This document shows, one piece after another, positions 48,236 through 59,389 of a DNA stretch of 64,000 nt. Source of the DNA: Nitrospira sp. UBA5699 (GTDB lineage: Bacteria; Nitrospirota; Nitrospiria; Nitrospirales; Nitrospiraceae); contig DIHJ01000038.1 of assembly GCA_002420105.1 (NCBI GenBank), positions 76,504 to 140,503 on the forward strand, written 5' to 3'. Each line of letters starts with the position of its first letter. The stretch's first letter is position 1. The notes beneath the pieces were generated by a model. It made no database searches. It was not told the origin of the DNA and worked only from the letters and a program-made list of their open reading frames with translations. The position numbers were made by a program, and so were the translations under genes.

Positions 48236-48489
48236 TGACCGAGTGGGGAACTCTGGGAAAACTCTTCGTCGGGATCGGGACGGTCGTCGCGGTGCTGGGC
48301 GTGCTGTTGCTGTTGGCCGACCGCGTGCCCGGCGTCGGAAGTCTGTTGGGTTGGTTCGGTAAGCTGCCGGGCGATATCTCCGTCAAGCGCGACCAGTTCA
48401 GTTTTTATTTTCCCCTCGGGAGCAGCATCCTCCTCAGCATCGTCCTCAGTCTGCTATTCTATTTATTGTCATGGCTATTCCGCCGGTAA
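48235..48489 (+). CDS. DUF2905-like small membrane protein
   Basis: The start overlaps the asd stop as TGATG. The motif GKLPGDISVKRDQFSFYFPLGSSILLS is present. Confidence 0.65.
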   Translation: MTEWGTLGKLFVGIGTVVAVLGVLLLLADRVPGVGSLLGWFGKLPGDISVKRDQFSFYFPLGSSILLSIVLSLLFYLLSWLFRR

Positions 48490-49700
48490 AGGCAGTGTAT
48501 CGTCGATTGGCCCTTGGGCTCACGGTCTGGCTGTTTCTGCATGCCGGGGCGACCTGGGCGGAGGGTGCGCAGTCTCTCCGCGTCCTCCTCTCGGCCGACG
48601 TGCACAGGCTGGATGTGCAGGCGGAGGGAGCGGTCTGGGTCACCGACGCAAGCCGCCAGGGCCGTGCCATGCATTCGGGCGTGCACATTGTGCCCTACGG
48701 GAAGGGCTTCCTGGTGAACGGCATCCGTATGCCCCATGAGCGGCTGACGATGAGGGCGGGCGACCAGGGCCTGACCCTGCTGTTGGCCAGGCCGAACGGA
48801 AAGGTCCAGGGAGCGTCCAGGCCGGCGAACGAATTCCGCCTCGCCGTGCCGGTCAGCGGGCTCGTGCACGTGGCCAGGAAAGGCAAAGGGTTTCTCGTCA
48901 TCAATCAAGTCGATCTGGAGGAGTACGTCAAGGGTGTGGTTCCCGCGGAAGTCAACTCGGCCTGGCACCCGGAGATGCTGAAGGCCCAGGCCGTGGCGGC
49001 GCGCACCTACGCGCTCTATCAGCAGATGCTGAGCGCGACCCGAGAATACGATGTGGCGGCGACCGTGCAGGATCAGGTGTACCGGGGAAAGAACGGGATC
49101 GATGCGGCGGTCCTCCGCGCGGTCGAGGAAACCAAGGGCCTCGTGCTGACCTACCAGAATGCGCCGATTTATGCGGCCTTCTCTTCTACGGCGGCGGGAC
49201 TGACCGAAGATGCGCTCAACGTGTGGTCGAAGGAATATCCCTACCTCAAAGGCGTGGAATGTCCGTTCGATCTGGAGTCCCCCCACTATCAATGGAAGGC
49301 CTCATTCCGAATGGACACGCTGGAGCAGAATCTTCGGCAGCAGGGATTCGCCGTCGGGACCATCGTGTCGATGACTCCCCTGAGCTTCAGCCGCGGCGGC
49401 CGTGTCGCGAAGCTGCGGCTGGTGCATTCGGAAGGGGAGCTGATTCTGCGGGGCGAGGATCTCCGCAAGGCGGTGGGATACATGGTCGTGCCGAGCACGC
49501 AGTTTACGATCGATTCCGTGGGCCGCGAGATCGTGCTGTCCGGTTACGGCGCCGGTCATGCGGTCGGGATGTGTCAATGGGGTGCGAAGGAGCTGGCCGA
49601 GCTGGGCTATCCGTTCTCAACGATTCTGCTGTACTACTATCCCGGCACCGAATTGCAGGACATGTCGCTGACAAAAACGCCGATCCCTCCGACGTCCTGA
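48471..49700 (+). CDS. SpoIID/LytB-domain protein (secreted)
   Basis: A signal peptide is followed by EEYVKGVVPAEVNSAWHPEMLKAQAVAARTYAL and GHAVGMCQWGA. Confidence 0.85.
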   Translation: MAIPPVKAVYRRLALGLTVWLFLHAGATWAEGAQSLRVLLSADVHRLDVQAEGAVWVTDASRQGRAMHSGVHIVPYGKGFLVNGIRMPHERLTMRAGDQGLTLLLARPNGKVQGASRPANEFRLAVPVSGLVHVARKGKGFLVINQVDLEEYVKGVVPAEVNSAWHPEMLKAQAVAARTYALYQQMLSATREYDVAATVQDQVYRGKNGIDAAVLRAVEETKGLVLTYQNAPIYAAFSSTAAGLTEDALNVWSKEYPYLKGVECPFDLESPHYQWKASFRMDTLEQNLRQQGFAVGTIVSMTPLSFSRGGRVAKLRLVHSEGELILRGEDLRKAVGYMVVPSTQFTIDSVGREIVLSGYGAGHAVGMCQWGAKELAELGYPFSTILLYYYPGTELQDMSLTKTPIPPTS

Positions 49701-50743
49701 TGCAGCTCTCCGAGTTCAATTTTCCCTTCGATGCGGCCCTGATCGCGAACGAGCCGGTCCTCCCGCGCGATCAGGCCAGGCTGCTCGTCATGAATCCGTC
49801 CGACCGATCGCTGCTCCACAAGCGCATCGTCGATCTTCCGGACCTGCTGGCGCCGGGCGATCTGCTCGTCGTGAACGATACGAAGGTCCGGTCGGCCCGC
49901 GTCGTCGGCCGGAAGCCGGCTTCCGGCCGGCCGGTCGAGATCCTGTTCGTCAAAGCCGTCGCCGACCGCATCTGGGAAGTCCTGATGAAGGGCAAGTGGC
50001 GTCCGGGAGAACGCATAGACATTGACGCCCGGACGGTCGTGACGGTGGTCAGCCGGGACGACGGCCGGACCGTCGTGCGCATCGAAGGGTCGGTGCCGGT
50101 GCCGGAATTCTTCCGGCTGCACGGCCGCATGCCCCTGCCTCCCTACATCAAGCGGCCGCCGACCGACCGGGATCGCGAGTGGTATCAAACCGTCTTTGCC
50201 CATGACGAAGGGGCGATTGCCGCGCCGACCGCCGGGCTTCATTTTACTCCCGCGCTGTTGACCCGATTGGCGGCTCGGCACATCGTCCTGGCGACGGTGA
50301 CGTTGCACGTCGGCCTCGGCACGTTCAAGCTGGTGACGGTGGATCGTATTGAAGATCATCGGATGGCAGCCGAATGGATCGACGTGGGGACGGATACCGC
50401 GGATGCGATCGCGCGCACCAAGAATGCCGGAGGAAAGGTCGTGGCCGTCGGGACTACGGTCGTGCGGGCGCTGGAAACGGCCGCTCGTGAACGTGGCGCG
50501 GTCGCGCCCTATCAGGGAGAAACCAGCCTGTTCATCACGCCGGGGTTTCCTTTTCGCGCGGTCGATGCCGTCCTGACGAACTTTCACCTGCCGCAGACCA
50601 CGCTGCTCATGCTGGTCTCCGCCTTCGCCGGAGTCGATCTGCTCAGAGCGGCTTATGAGGAAGCCGTGCGGGAGCGGTACCGGTTCTACAGTTACGGCGA
50701 CGCGATGCTGATCACGGAAATGGCAAGAGGCAAAGGGCCATAG
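49700..50743 (+). CDS. queA: S-adenosylmethionine:tRNA ribosyltransferase-isomerase
   Basis: MQLSEFNFPFD...IANEP, PLPPYIKR, AAPTAGLHFT and SYGDAMLI are present. The start overlaps the preceding stop as TGATG. Confidence 0.93.
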   Translation: MQLSEFNFPFDAALIANEPVLPRDQARLLVMNPSDRSLLHKRIVDLPDLLAPGDLLVVNDTKVRSARVVGRKPASGRPVEILFVKAVADRIWEVLMKGKWRPGERIDIDARTVVTVVSRDDGRTVVRIEGSVPVPEFFRLHGRMPLPPYIKRPPTDRDREWYQTVFAHDEGAIAAPTAGLHFTPALLTRLAARHIVLATVTLHVGLGTFKLVTVDRIEDHRMAAEWIDVGTDTADAIARTKNAGGKVVAVGTTVVRALETAARERGAVAPYQGETSLFITPGFPFRAVDAVLTNFHLPQTTLLMLVSAFAGVDLLRAAYEEAVRERYRFYSYGDAMLITEMARGKGP

Positions 50744-50801
50744 GCAAGTGGGACGCCGGAGCCGGCAATTGCCTCTTGCCTCGGACCTCGCGCCGTGTCT
50801 G

Positions 50802-51500
50802 CTACAGCAGTTCGCGGCGGATGTTGATGGGGATGGTGGTCTTGAGCGACTGGGTGTAGGCCATAAGGGCCCGTTGTTGCTTTTGGAACAGCACTTCCTG
50901 GACGGCGCGTTCTTTGGCGGCGGCAGCCTTGGCCGGATCCGCTTCTGCCTGTCGGAGGGTCAGGGCCTGCGCTTCGGCAAGTTCACTCGGCGTCAATGCG
51001 ACGGCATCGCTGACGATCATCCGCGCCCGGTTGCTGAGAATTTCTTTGGTTTCCATCGCTTCGAAGACGGCGGGAGTCAGATGGTTGGCCGCCAGAAGGC
51101 GCTGATACTGTTCCGGATCGAAAGTGCCGTTCTTCTGGAACTCCGGAATCTGCATGATGACCTCGCGCAGGTCTTCGTCGGCGACCGTGAGGCCCATATT
51201 CTTTGCCGCGATCAGCCACACCCGGTTGTCCACCAGCTGTTCGACGACGTACTGCTTGATCGTTTCATCCTTGAACTCTCCGGGAACCTTGTCCTTGTAG
51301 AAGCGATAGGTGTTTTCGTAGGCGCGTTTGAACTCATCCTGCGAAATGGTGAGGTCTCCGACCGACGCCACGACGGTGCCCGGCTGTTCGCCGAATCCCC
51401 ACCATCCCATCCCGACGACGAACGTGACGGCGATGAAGCCGATGGTCAGCGCGAGAAACCAGGGATACTTTTCGTTGGCAAACCGCAGCACTTTGATCAT
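50802..51500 (-). CDS. Membrane-anchored SurA-N/PpiD-N-like chaperone domain protein (no parvulin domain)
   Basis: An N-terminal TM helix is followed by a PpiD-like N domain (VGDLTISQDEFKRAYE...). The product is only 232 aa. Confidence 0.6.
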   Translation of the reverse strand: MIKVLRFANEKYPWFLALTIGFIAVTFVVGMGWWGFGEQPGTVVASVGDLTISQDEFKRAYENTYRFYKDKVPGEFKDETIKQYVVEQLVDNRVWLIAAKNMGLTVADEDLREVIMQIPEFQKNGTFDPEQYQRLLAANHLTPAVFEAMETKEILSNRARMIVSDAVALTPSELAEAQALTLRQAEADPAKAAAAKERAVQEVLFQKQQRALMAYTQSLKTTIPINIRRELL

Positions 51501-51675
51501 GGCACGGCATCCTCGAGAAGGTTACAACAAGGGGCGAATTGTACTCAGAGATGTCGTCAAAGGCAAGGTGCGGGAAGTCGTGACGGAGGGGCTTTCAGAA
51601 GCCGGCGATCCGGTCGGTCAAAGATTGGTGATTCGTTTGTGCCAGATTCTCGAATTTGTTATACTTTGCCACTAA

Positions 51676-52146
51676 TTGCAAGGAGATCCCTTGGCGGAGC
51701 AGGTTGGGGTCCATCCATTGGGTGTCGGGATCTACCCCAAGGCGCAGGTCCTCAACCGGTTTATCGCCAAACTGATCGACCTGTTCCTCGCAGCTGCAGC
51801 GGCCGAAGTGATTGTTCCGGTTGGATTTCTCGCGGGGTTGGCCTATCTGCTCATTGCCGACGGGTTTGCGGGCGGTCGGAGCATCGGAAAACGGTTGATC
51901 GGCCTCCAGACGATTCTTCCGGACTCACGTGAGCCAGCAGGGTTTCGGGAATCCATCATCCGGAACATTCCCTTTGCCGTGGCCCAGTTGGCGTTTGCGG
52001 TTCCCTATGTCGGGTGGCTGGCGGCCGCAGCGGTTGTCGTCTTCGAAGCGATCTTGATCATCGGCAACGAACAGGGACGTCGTCTCGGGGATGAACTGGC
52101 CGGCACGCAGGTGTTGGATATCGGGCGGCTGGCACTTCCGGACTGA
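51676..52146 (+). CDS. RDD-family membrane protein
   Basis: NRFIAKLIDLFL plus three hydrophobic segments resemble the RDD family. The gene has a TTG start, and the exact start is uncertain. Confidence 0.55.
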   Translation: MQGDPLAEQVGVHPLGVGIYPKAQVLNRFIAKLIDLFLAAAAAEVIVPVGFLAGLAYLLIADGFAGGRSIGKRLIGLQTILPDSREPAGFRESIIRNIPFAVAQLAFAVPYVGWLAAAAVVVFEAILIIGNEQGRRLGDELAGTQVLDIGRLALPD

Positions 52147-52189
52147 GGGCATTTCCCCGGCGAGGTCGCACCGGGTGCTAGGAATTTGA

Positions 52190-53257
<1,068 letters not shown>

Positions 53258-53275
53258 CGGTTCCATCCCTTACTC

Positions 53276-54157
53276 ATGTGGATGGTCAATGTGCGTTCTC
53301 CCCACGGCGGTAGGCGTCTGGCGCTAGGATTGTTTGCCTTTTTCCTGGCCGCCCTCTTCCTGTTCCCCGGACAAAGTCAGGGACTCCTGGAGTATCTCGA
53401 CGGCCCGGTCGGCCAACTGGTCCGCCTGCCGCTTGAAGCCGTCTCCTCGCTTGATAAGGGGATCTCCGGTCTGTGGGGGGACTATGTGGCCTTGCAGGGG
53501 ATGGCCGAAGAGAATCGCCGGCTGCGGCAGGACATCGAGTGGCTCCGCGGCCAGAACAATCAATTGCGTGAGGCGGCGGCCTCGACCGAGCGCCTGGCCG
53601 CTCTGCTGCAGTTCAAGGAACAGGCGCTGCCCGCCATGGTGGCGGCGCAGGTCATCGGGCGGGACGCCAGCAACCGATATCGGGCGGTGATTCTGAACAA
53701 GGGAGACAGCGACGGCATCCAGCCCGACATGGGCGTCATCACGCCGTCGGGGGTCGTGGGGCGCGTGGTCAAAACCACCGGCGCGACGTCGGTGGTGCTG
53801 CTGGTCACCGACCCCAATAATGCCATCGCAGGGTTGATACAGCGCACGAGAGACGAAGGGATCGTGGAAGGCACGCCGCAGGGGCGGGTCCGGATGAAAT
53901 ATATTCCGATGCTCTCGGGGGTACGGGACGGCGATCGGGTCGTGACGTCGGGGTTGGTCGGCGGTTTTCCCCGCGGCCTGGCGATCGGGACGATCACCGG
54001 CATCGATAAGGAAGAGGGGGCGCTCTTCCAAACGGCGGAACTGGCGCCGGAGGTCGATGTCAATCATGTGGAGGAAGTGCTGGTCATTCAATCGCCTCAG
54101 CCCCAGTCCGTCGAACCTGAGGCAAAGCCGGCCGGAGGAGGCAAATCCCGGCCATGA
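53276..54157 (+). CDS. mreC: Rod shape-determining protein MreC
   Basis: An N-terminal TM helix and a coiled coil (ENRRLRQDIEWLR) are followed by GVVGRV and TSGL.GGFPRGL. Confidence 0.9.
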   Translation: MWMVNVRSPHGGRRLALGLFAFFLAALFLFPGQSQGLLEYLDGPVGQLVRLPLEAVSSLDKGISGLWGDYVALQGMAEENRRLRQDIEWLRGQNNQLREAAASTERLAALLQFKEQALPAMVAAQVIGRDASNRYRAVILNKGDSDGIQPDMGVITPSGVVGRVVKTTGATSVVLLVTDPNNAIAGLIQRTRDEGIVEGTPQGRVRMKYIPMLSGVRDGDRVVTSGLVGGFPRGLAIGTITGIDKEEGALFQTAELAPEVDVNHVEEVLVIQSPQPQSVEPEAKPAGGGKSRP

Positions 54158-54657
54158 AGCTGTTGCTCTATCTCGGGCTCGTGCTGCTGCTCGTCCCCGT
54201 GCAAACGACCCTTCTGACGCACGTCAGTATCTGGGGCATCAAGCCCGATCTCGGGCTCGTGATCGCCGCGGTGATCGGGCTCGTGGCCGGCGAACTTGAA
54301 GGCCTCCTGGTCGGCTTGACCGTCGGGTGGGTGCTCAATCTGTATTCCGCCGGGGATTTGTGGTTAAGTCTAGTGACGACCGGCGGCGCCGGATTGTTTG
54401 CCGGGCTGTTGGGGCGACAGGTGGCGCAAGTCACCCCCACGATCCTGTGCATCGGCCTGCTGGCGCTGTCGTTGGCGGGCGGGCTGGTGGCGGCGTTCAG
54501 CATGAAGAATGCGACGATGTCCGATACGTGGTGGATGGTGCAGTCCATCGTGCTGCCTCAGGCCTGTTTCGATGCGGTGCTGGGGGCGGGGCTGCTCTGG
54601 TTGATGGAGCGGCGATTTGCGGTGCAACGATGGAAAACGTTCGACCGGATCTTCTAA
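54154..54657 (+). CDS. mreD: Rod shape-determining protein MreD
   Basis: The product is a polytopic small membrane protein, and the gene overlaps mreC by 4 nt. Confidence 0.8.
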   Translation: MKLLLYLGLVLLLVPVQTTLLTHVSIWGIKPDLGLVIAAVIGLVAGELEGLLVGLTVGWVLNLYSAGDLWLSLVTTGGAGLFAGLLGRQVAQVTPTILCIGLLALSLAGGLVAAFSMKNATMSDTWWMVQSIVLPQACFDAVLGAGLLWLMERRFAVQRWKTFDRIF

Positions 54658-54678
54658 GGACGACGGGTTACGACGGCG

Positions 54679-56553
54679 ATGGCGACAGCCGGTCTTCACG
54701 ATTCTGAACTGGGAGAACTTCAACGCCGGCTGGTGGTGCTGCGCGTAGGGCTCCTGCTGGTCGTGGCGCTGTTGGCGCTGCGCCTCTGGCACCTGCAAAT
54801 CCGTGAAGGCCCGTACTACCGGGATCTTTCGGAAAACAACCGCACGCGCTCGGTCATTCTGGAGCCGGCCCGGGGTCTGATCTACGATCGCAACGGTATT
54901 CTGCTCGCCAACAATGTGCCCAGTTTCAGCCTGTACGTCTCGCTCGAAGACGTCAAGGACCGGGAAGCGTTGGTCGACACACTCACCGAATTGATCGGGT
55001 TGGATCCGGCGTTGGTCAGAAAGAAGCTGGCCGTGCGAGGGGCCAAGCAGTTGCCTCGCAAGATCAAGGACCGCCTGACGCTTCGCGAAGCGACGTTGAT
55101 CGAGTCGCATCGCCTGGATTTGCCCGGCGTCATGATTCAGGTCGAGTCGCAACGGAACTATCCGAGCGGGGTGACGGCGTCTCACGTCTTGGGCTATGTG
55201 GGCGAAGTGTCGGCCGAGCAGCTGGAAAAACCGGAGTTCGCCGAGTTGCATCAGGGAAGCATCGTCGGCCAATACGGCGTCGAAAAGTTTTTCGATCACA
55301 TCGTGCGGGGGCAGGCGGGGCAGAAGAGCGTCGAAGTCGACGCGCTGGGCCATGAAAAGCGCACGGTCATGGTGGATCAACCGCATGCGGGAGACGATCT
55401 TTACCTCACGATCGACGCGCGGTTGCAGAAGGTGGCTGAGGATCTCCTGGGGCAGGAATCGGGGGCGATTGTCGCGCTGGACCCGACGAAAGGGGACATT
55501 CTGGCGATGGCGAGCCGGCCCGCGTTCGACCCCAACATCTTGTCGCGCGAACTGACGGGGAAGCAATGGGTCGAAATCGTGCAGGACGAAGGCCGCCCCT
55601 TGAACAACCGCGCCTCACAGGGGCAATACCCGCCGGGCTCGACGTTCAAGGTGCTGATGGCGGCGGCGGCGTTGGAGTCGAATACGGTGACCCCGTCCTC
55701 GACGGTCTTTTGTTCGGGCGGCTACCAGTTCGGGAAGCGCGTCTATCACGACTGGAAAGCCAGCGGGCACGGCTATGTCGATCTCCGCAAAGCGCTGATC
55801 CATTCCTGCGACGTGTATTTCTATACGATCGGACAGCGGATGGGCATCGACACCATGGCCTCCTATGCCCATCAGTTCGGATTGGGGGAGGAGACCGGCG
55901 TCGAACTGCCTTCCGAACGGGTCGGCATCGTTCCATCGACGGCCTGGAAGCTGAAAGTCAAGCGGGAACCCTGGCTGCCGGGCGAGACCATTTCAGCCGC
56001 CATCGGGCAAGGCTATGTGACGGTCACGCCGCTGCAGATGGCGAGCCTGATCGGCACGGTCGCCAACGACGGGGTGACGTATCGTCCGCGCCTGGTGCAG
56101 GGCATCATGGATCGGGCGACGGGACAACGGCAGGAGCTGCCGGCGGTGCCGAAGTCCAAGCTGGACCTCAGGCCGGATACCCTGAAACTGATTCGTGAGG
56201 CGTTGGCGGGGGTTGTCACGGAAGGGACCGCGACGAGAGCGAAGTCGTCCCTTGTGACGATCGCGGGGAAAACGGGCACGGCGCAGACGGCGGCGCTCCG
56301 TACCGGTCCGGAGAAGGACATTCCCAAGAAGTTGAGGGACCATGCCTGGTTTGTCGCCTTCGCGCCCGTGGAGAACCCGACGATCGCCGTTGCCGTGCTG
56401 GTGGAACACATGGGGCACGGAGGTTCGGCTGCGGCTCCTCTGGCGAAGGAAGTCATCGAAACCTATATGAAGCTGAAGGCCGGCGGTCCGGGGGGAGGCC
56501 CGGAGGCTGCCGCGTCGGCGGCGTTGCAGGGGACGGGGGGCAGGTCTTTATGA
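54679..56553 (+). CDS. mrdA: Penicillin-binding protein 2 (elongasome transpeptidase)
   Basis: The SxxK motif (GSTFK) and KTGTA are present, with a PBP dimerisation domain. Confidence 0.93.
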   Translation: MATAGLHDSELGELQRRLVVLRVGLLLVVALLALRLWHLQIREGPYYRDLSENNRTRSVILEPARGLIYDRNGILLANNVPSFSLYVSLEDVKDREALVDTLTELIGLDPALVRKKLAVRGAKQLPRKIKDRLTLREATLIESHRLDLPGVMIQVESQRNYPSGVTASHVLGYVGEVSAEQLEKPEFAELHQGSIVGQYGVEKFFDHIVRGQAGQKSVEVDALGHEKRTVMVDQPHAGDDLYLTIDARLQKVAEDLLGQESGAIVALDPTKGDILAMASRPAFDPNILSRELTGKQWVEIVQDEGRPLNNRASQGQYPPGSTFKVLMAAAALESNTVTPSSTVFCSGGYQFGKRVYHDWKASGHGYVDLRKALIHSCDVYFYTIGQRMGIDTMASYAHQFGLGEETGVELPSERVGIVPSTAWKLKVKREPWLPGETISAAIGQGYVTVTPLQMASLIGTVANDGVTYRPRLVQGIMDRATGQRQELPAVPKSKLDLRPDTLKLIREALAGVVTEGTATRAKSSLVTIAGKTGTAQTAALRTGPEKDIPKKLRDHAWFVAFAPVENPTIAVAVLVEHMGHGGSAAAPLAKEVIETYMKLKAGGPGGGPEAAASAALQGTGGRSL

Positions 56554-57671
56554 TTGATCGGGTCATGGACCGCCGCGGGTTCGATAACTTCGACCTGAGG
56601 TTCCTCGGTCTGATATTCATCATTCTCGGCATCGGGGTGCTCTCGATCTACAGCGTCACGCACGATCAGGGCGGATCCGGGCTCCCGTTCTATGCAAAGC
56701 AATTGGTGTGGATTCTGCTCGGGACGGTGGCCTTTCTGATCATGCTGGTCTGGGACTATCACCGCATCGCCCGTTTAGCGTATCCTGCCTATGCGATCAT
56801 CCTGATCCTGCTGGCGGTGGTGCTGTTCGAAGGGAAGACAAGCCGGGGGGCCCAACGGTGGATTCCGATCGGACCGTTCGCGTTTCAGCCGTCGGAGTTC
56901 GCGAAGCTCGTCCTCATCCTGGTGATGGCGCATTATTACTCGAAGGCGCCGCGGGTCGGCTGGCTCCAGCGGGTGGTCATCCCCGGGGCCTTGATGCTGC
57001 CGGGGCTGCTGTTGATTCTCAAGCAGCCGGATCTCGGCAGCGGCTTGAGCTTCATGGCGGTTTATGCGGCGATGCTATTGATGGTGGGAATGCGATCGCA
57101 AGCCTTGGGCGTCGTCCTCCTGTTCTCGCTGATGCTCTTCCCCTTCGCCTGGGAGGTCATGTGGGGTTCGTTGCACGATTATCAACGTCAACGCGTCATG
57201 GCGTTCGTCGATCCGAACTATGATCCCGGGGGCAAGGGCTATCATGCGCTGCAGTCGCGTATCGCCATCGGCGCGGGCGAATTGACGGGCAAAGGGTTGT
57301 ACGGCGGCACGCAAAGCCAATTGAAATTCCTGCCGGAGGGGCATACGGATTTCGTGTTTTCGGTCTTTGCCGAAGAATGGGGGTTCATCGGCGTGTTGAT
57401 CCTGCTGCTCCTGTTCGTGGCGCTGATCTGGCTGTCGCTGGAAATCGCGAGCCGCGCAAAGGATGAACTCGGCGCGCTGCTGGCGGTCGGAGTCATCTCC
57501 ATGCTCTGTTTTTGCGTAGTGGTGAACATCGGCATGACCGCCGGGATGTTCCCGATCGTCGGCATTCCCCTGCCTCTGATGAGTTACGGCGGCAGCGCGA
57601 CCATTATGACGATGGCGTCTCTCGGCTTGCTGCTGAACGTGAAACGGCGGCGATTGAGTTTGTTTTATTAA
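56550..57671 (+). CDS. rodA: Peptidoglycan glycosyltransferase RodA (SEDS family)
   Basis: The polytopic protein shows SEDS blocks (QPSEFAKL, PEGHTDFVFS, PLPLMSYGGS). Confidence 0.93.
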   Translation: MIDRVMDRRGFDNFDLRFLGLIFIILGIGVLSIYSVTHDQGGSGLPFYAKQLVWILLGTVAFLIMLVWDYHRIARLAYPAYAIILILLAVVLFEGKTSRGAQRWIPIGPFAFQPSEFAKLVLILVMAHYYSKAPRVGWLQRVVIPGALMLPGLLLILKQPDLGSGLSFMAVYAAMLLMVGMRSQALGVVLLFSLMLFPFAWEVMWGSLHDYQRQRVMAFVDPNYDPGGKGYHALQSRIAIGAGELTGKGLYGGTQSQLKFLPEGHTDFVFSVFAEEWGFIGVLILLLLFVALIWLSLEIASRAKDELGALLAVGVISMLCFCVVVNIGMTAGMFPIVGIPLPLMSYGGSATIMTMASLGLLLNVKRRRLSLFY

Positions 57672-57834
57672 ACGGATGTTGGCGCGGGGGCGAATGGCTC
57701 GACCCCGCCTGCGTAACAGGATTCATTGTGCGGACGATCGACTCGACAAGGAATTGAGTGACATCGGAGCCTGGGCCGTCCCGCGTTCCTCCCTCATGTC
57801 GAATCGGGTCGTCCGCTGAACGGAAGGAGACAGT

Positions 57835-59340
57835 ATGGGTGTTGAAATTGCGATAACGGTCGCACGGGAAGAGACCCGTGTGGCGGTGCTGGATAACGGA
57901 GTGGTCACCGATCTGTTCGGAGATCGCGCGAAACACAAGGACTTCGTCGGAAACATCTACAAAGGGAAAGTGGCGAAGGTGCTGCCCGGCATGCAGGCGG
58001 CGTTCGTCGATATCGGCCTTGAGAAGGCGGCCTTCATGCACGTGTCGGATCTGTCGCTGGATGCCGAGGGGGGAGACACCCTGCTCGATTCGGACGAAGA
58101 GGACAAGGACAGCGACGATCTCCGCCCCCGGAGGGAGAGTTCGAAACCCATCGAACAGCTTCTCAGCGAGGGCCAGGAGGTGATGGTGCAGATCTCGAAG
58201 GGGCCCATCGGCACCAAGGGACCCCGCGTCACGAGCTACGTGTCGCTGCCGGGCCGCTATCTCGTCTTCATGCCGAACGTCGAACACATCGGCGTCTCGC
58301 GCCGCATCGCGCGGGACGAAGAGCGTGGCCGGCTGAAGGACATCATGAAACGCGTCCGGCACCCGGGGTGCGGGTATATCGTGCGGACGGTCAGCGAAGG
58401 GGTGAAGGAGGATGAGCTGCGCTCCGACGTGGATTTCCTGCATGTGCTGTGGCAGGACATCCGGAGCAAGGCCGAGCAGCAGCCGGCTCCGGCGTTGCTG
58501 CACACCGATCTGAGCCTGAGTTTCCGGGTCGTCCGCGACTTGTTCGGCAAGAAAGTCGAACGCTTGTGGATCGATTCGCGCCAGGAATACGACGCCGTCC
58601 GCGACTTCGTGCAGCGCTTCTCGCCGGAGCAGACGTCGCGGATTCATTTTTACGACAAAGACGAAAGCCTCTTCGACTATCTCGGCGTCGAGCAGGAAAT
58701 GGCGCGGGCCCTCAGCCGGAAGGTCTGGCTGAAGTCCGGGGGGTATCTCGTGATCGATCATACGGAGGCGATGACGGTCATCGACGTCAACACCGGCCGG
58801 TTCGTCGGCAAGCGCGACCAGGAGGAAACGATCCTGCGCAACAATCTGGAAGCGGCGAAGGAAGTCGCCTATCAGGTCAAATTGCGGGGAATCGGCGGGA
58901 TCATCATCGTCGATTTCATCGACATGGAACGGGAGAAGAATCGGGACAAGGTCTACCATGCGCTGGTCGATGCGATGTCGTCCGACAAGGCCCGCACGAG
59001 GATTTCACGGATCTCCGATCTGGGGTTGATCGAGATTTCCCGCGAACGGGTGCGGGAGGACCTGCTGCGCTCCCTGTCGGAACCCTGCCGGTACTGCGAA
59101 GGCCGGGGCTACACGAAGTCCCCGACCACGGTGGCCTACGAAATCTTCCGCGAGATCAGAAAGATCGGCGGCGGCGACCAGCAGCGGATCGTCGTGGGCG
59201 CGCATCCTTCCGTGGCGGGGCTGCTGCAGGATGAGGAACGCCAGGGATTGGAAGCCCTGGAGCGGGAATGTGCGGCGAAAGTGATCGTGATGCCGGACGA
59301 GCACCTGCATCTGGAGCAGTTCGACCTCGCTGTGGTGTAA
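57835..59340 (+). CDS. rng: Ribonuclease G/E family endoribonuclease
   Basis: The S1 domain reads GNIYKGKVAKVLPGMQAAFVDIG. The catalytic blocks VIDHTEAMTVIDVNTG and IIIVDFIDM are present. Confidence 0.92.
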   Translation: MGVEIAITVAREETRVAVLDNGVVTDLFGDRAKHKDFVGNIYKGKVAKVLPGMQAAFVDIGLEKAAFMHVSDLSLDAEGGDTLLDSDEEDKDSDDLRPRRESSKPIEQLLSEGQEVMVQISKGPIGTKGPRVTSYVSLPGRYLVFMPNVEHIGVSRRIARDEERGRLKDIMKRVRHPGCGYIVRTVSEGVKEDELRSDVDFLHVLWQDIRSKAEQQPAPALLHTDLSLSFRVVRDLFGKKVERLWIDSRQEYDAVRDFVQRFSPEQTSRIHFYDKDESLFDYLGVEQEMARALSRKVWLKSGGYLVIDHTEAMTVIDVNTGRFVGKRDQEETILRNNLEAAKEVAYQVKLRGIGGIIIVDFIDMEREKNRDKVYHALVDAMSSDKARTRISRISDLGLIEISRERVREDLLRSLSEPCRYCEGRGYTKSPTTVAYEIFREIRKIGGGDQQRIVVGAHPSVAGLLQDEERQGLEALERECAAKVIVMPDEHLHLEQFDLAVV

Positions 59341-59389
59341 CGGGAAAACCGCCCATGCGGCCGGATCAATCGCGTCGTCACATCGGGTC

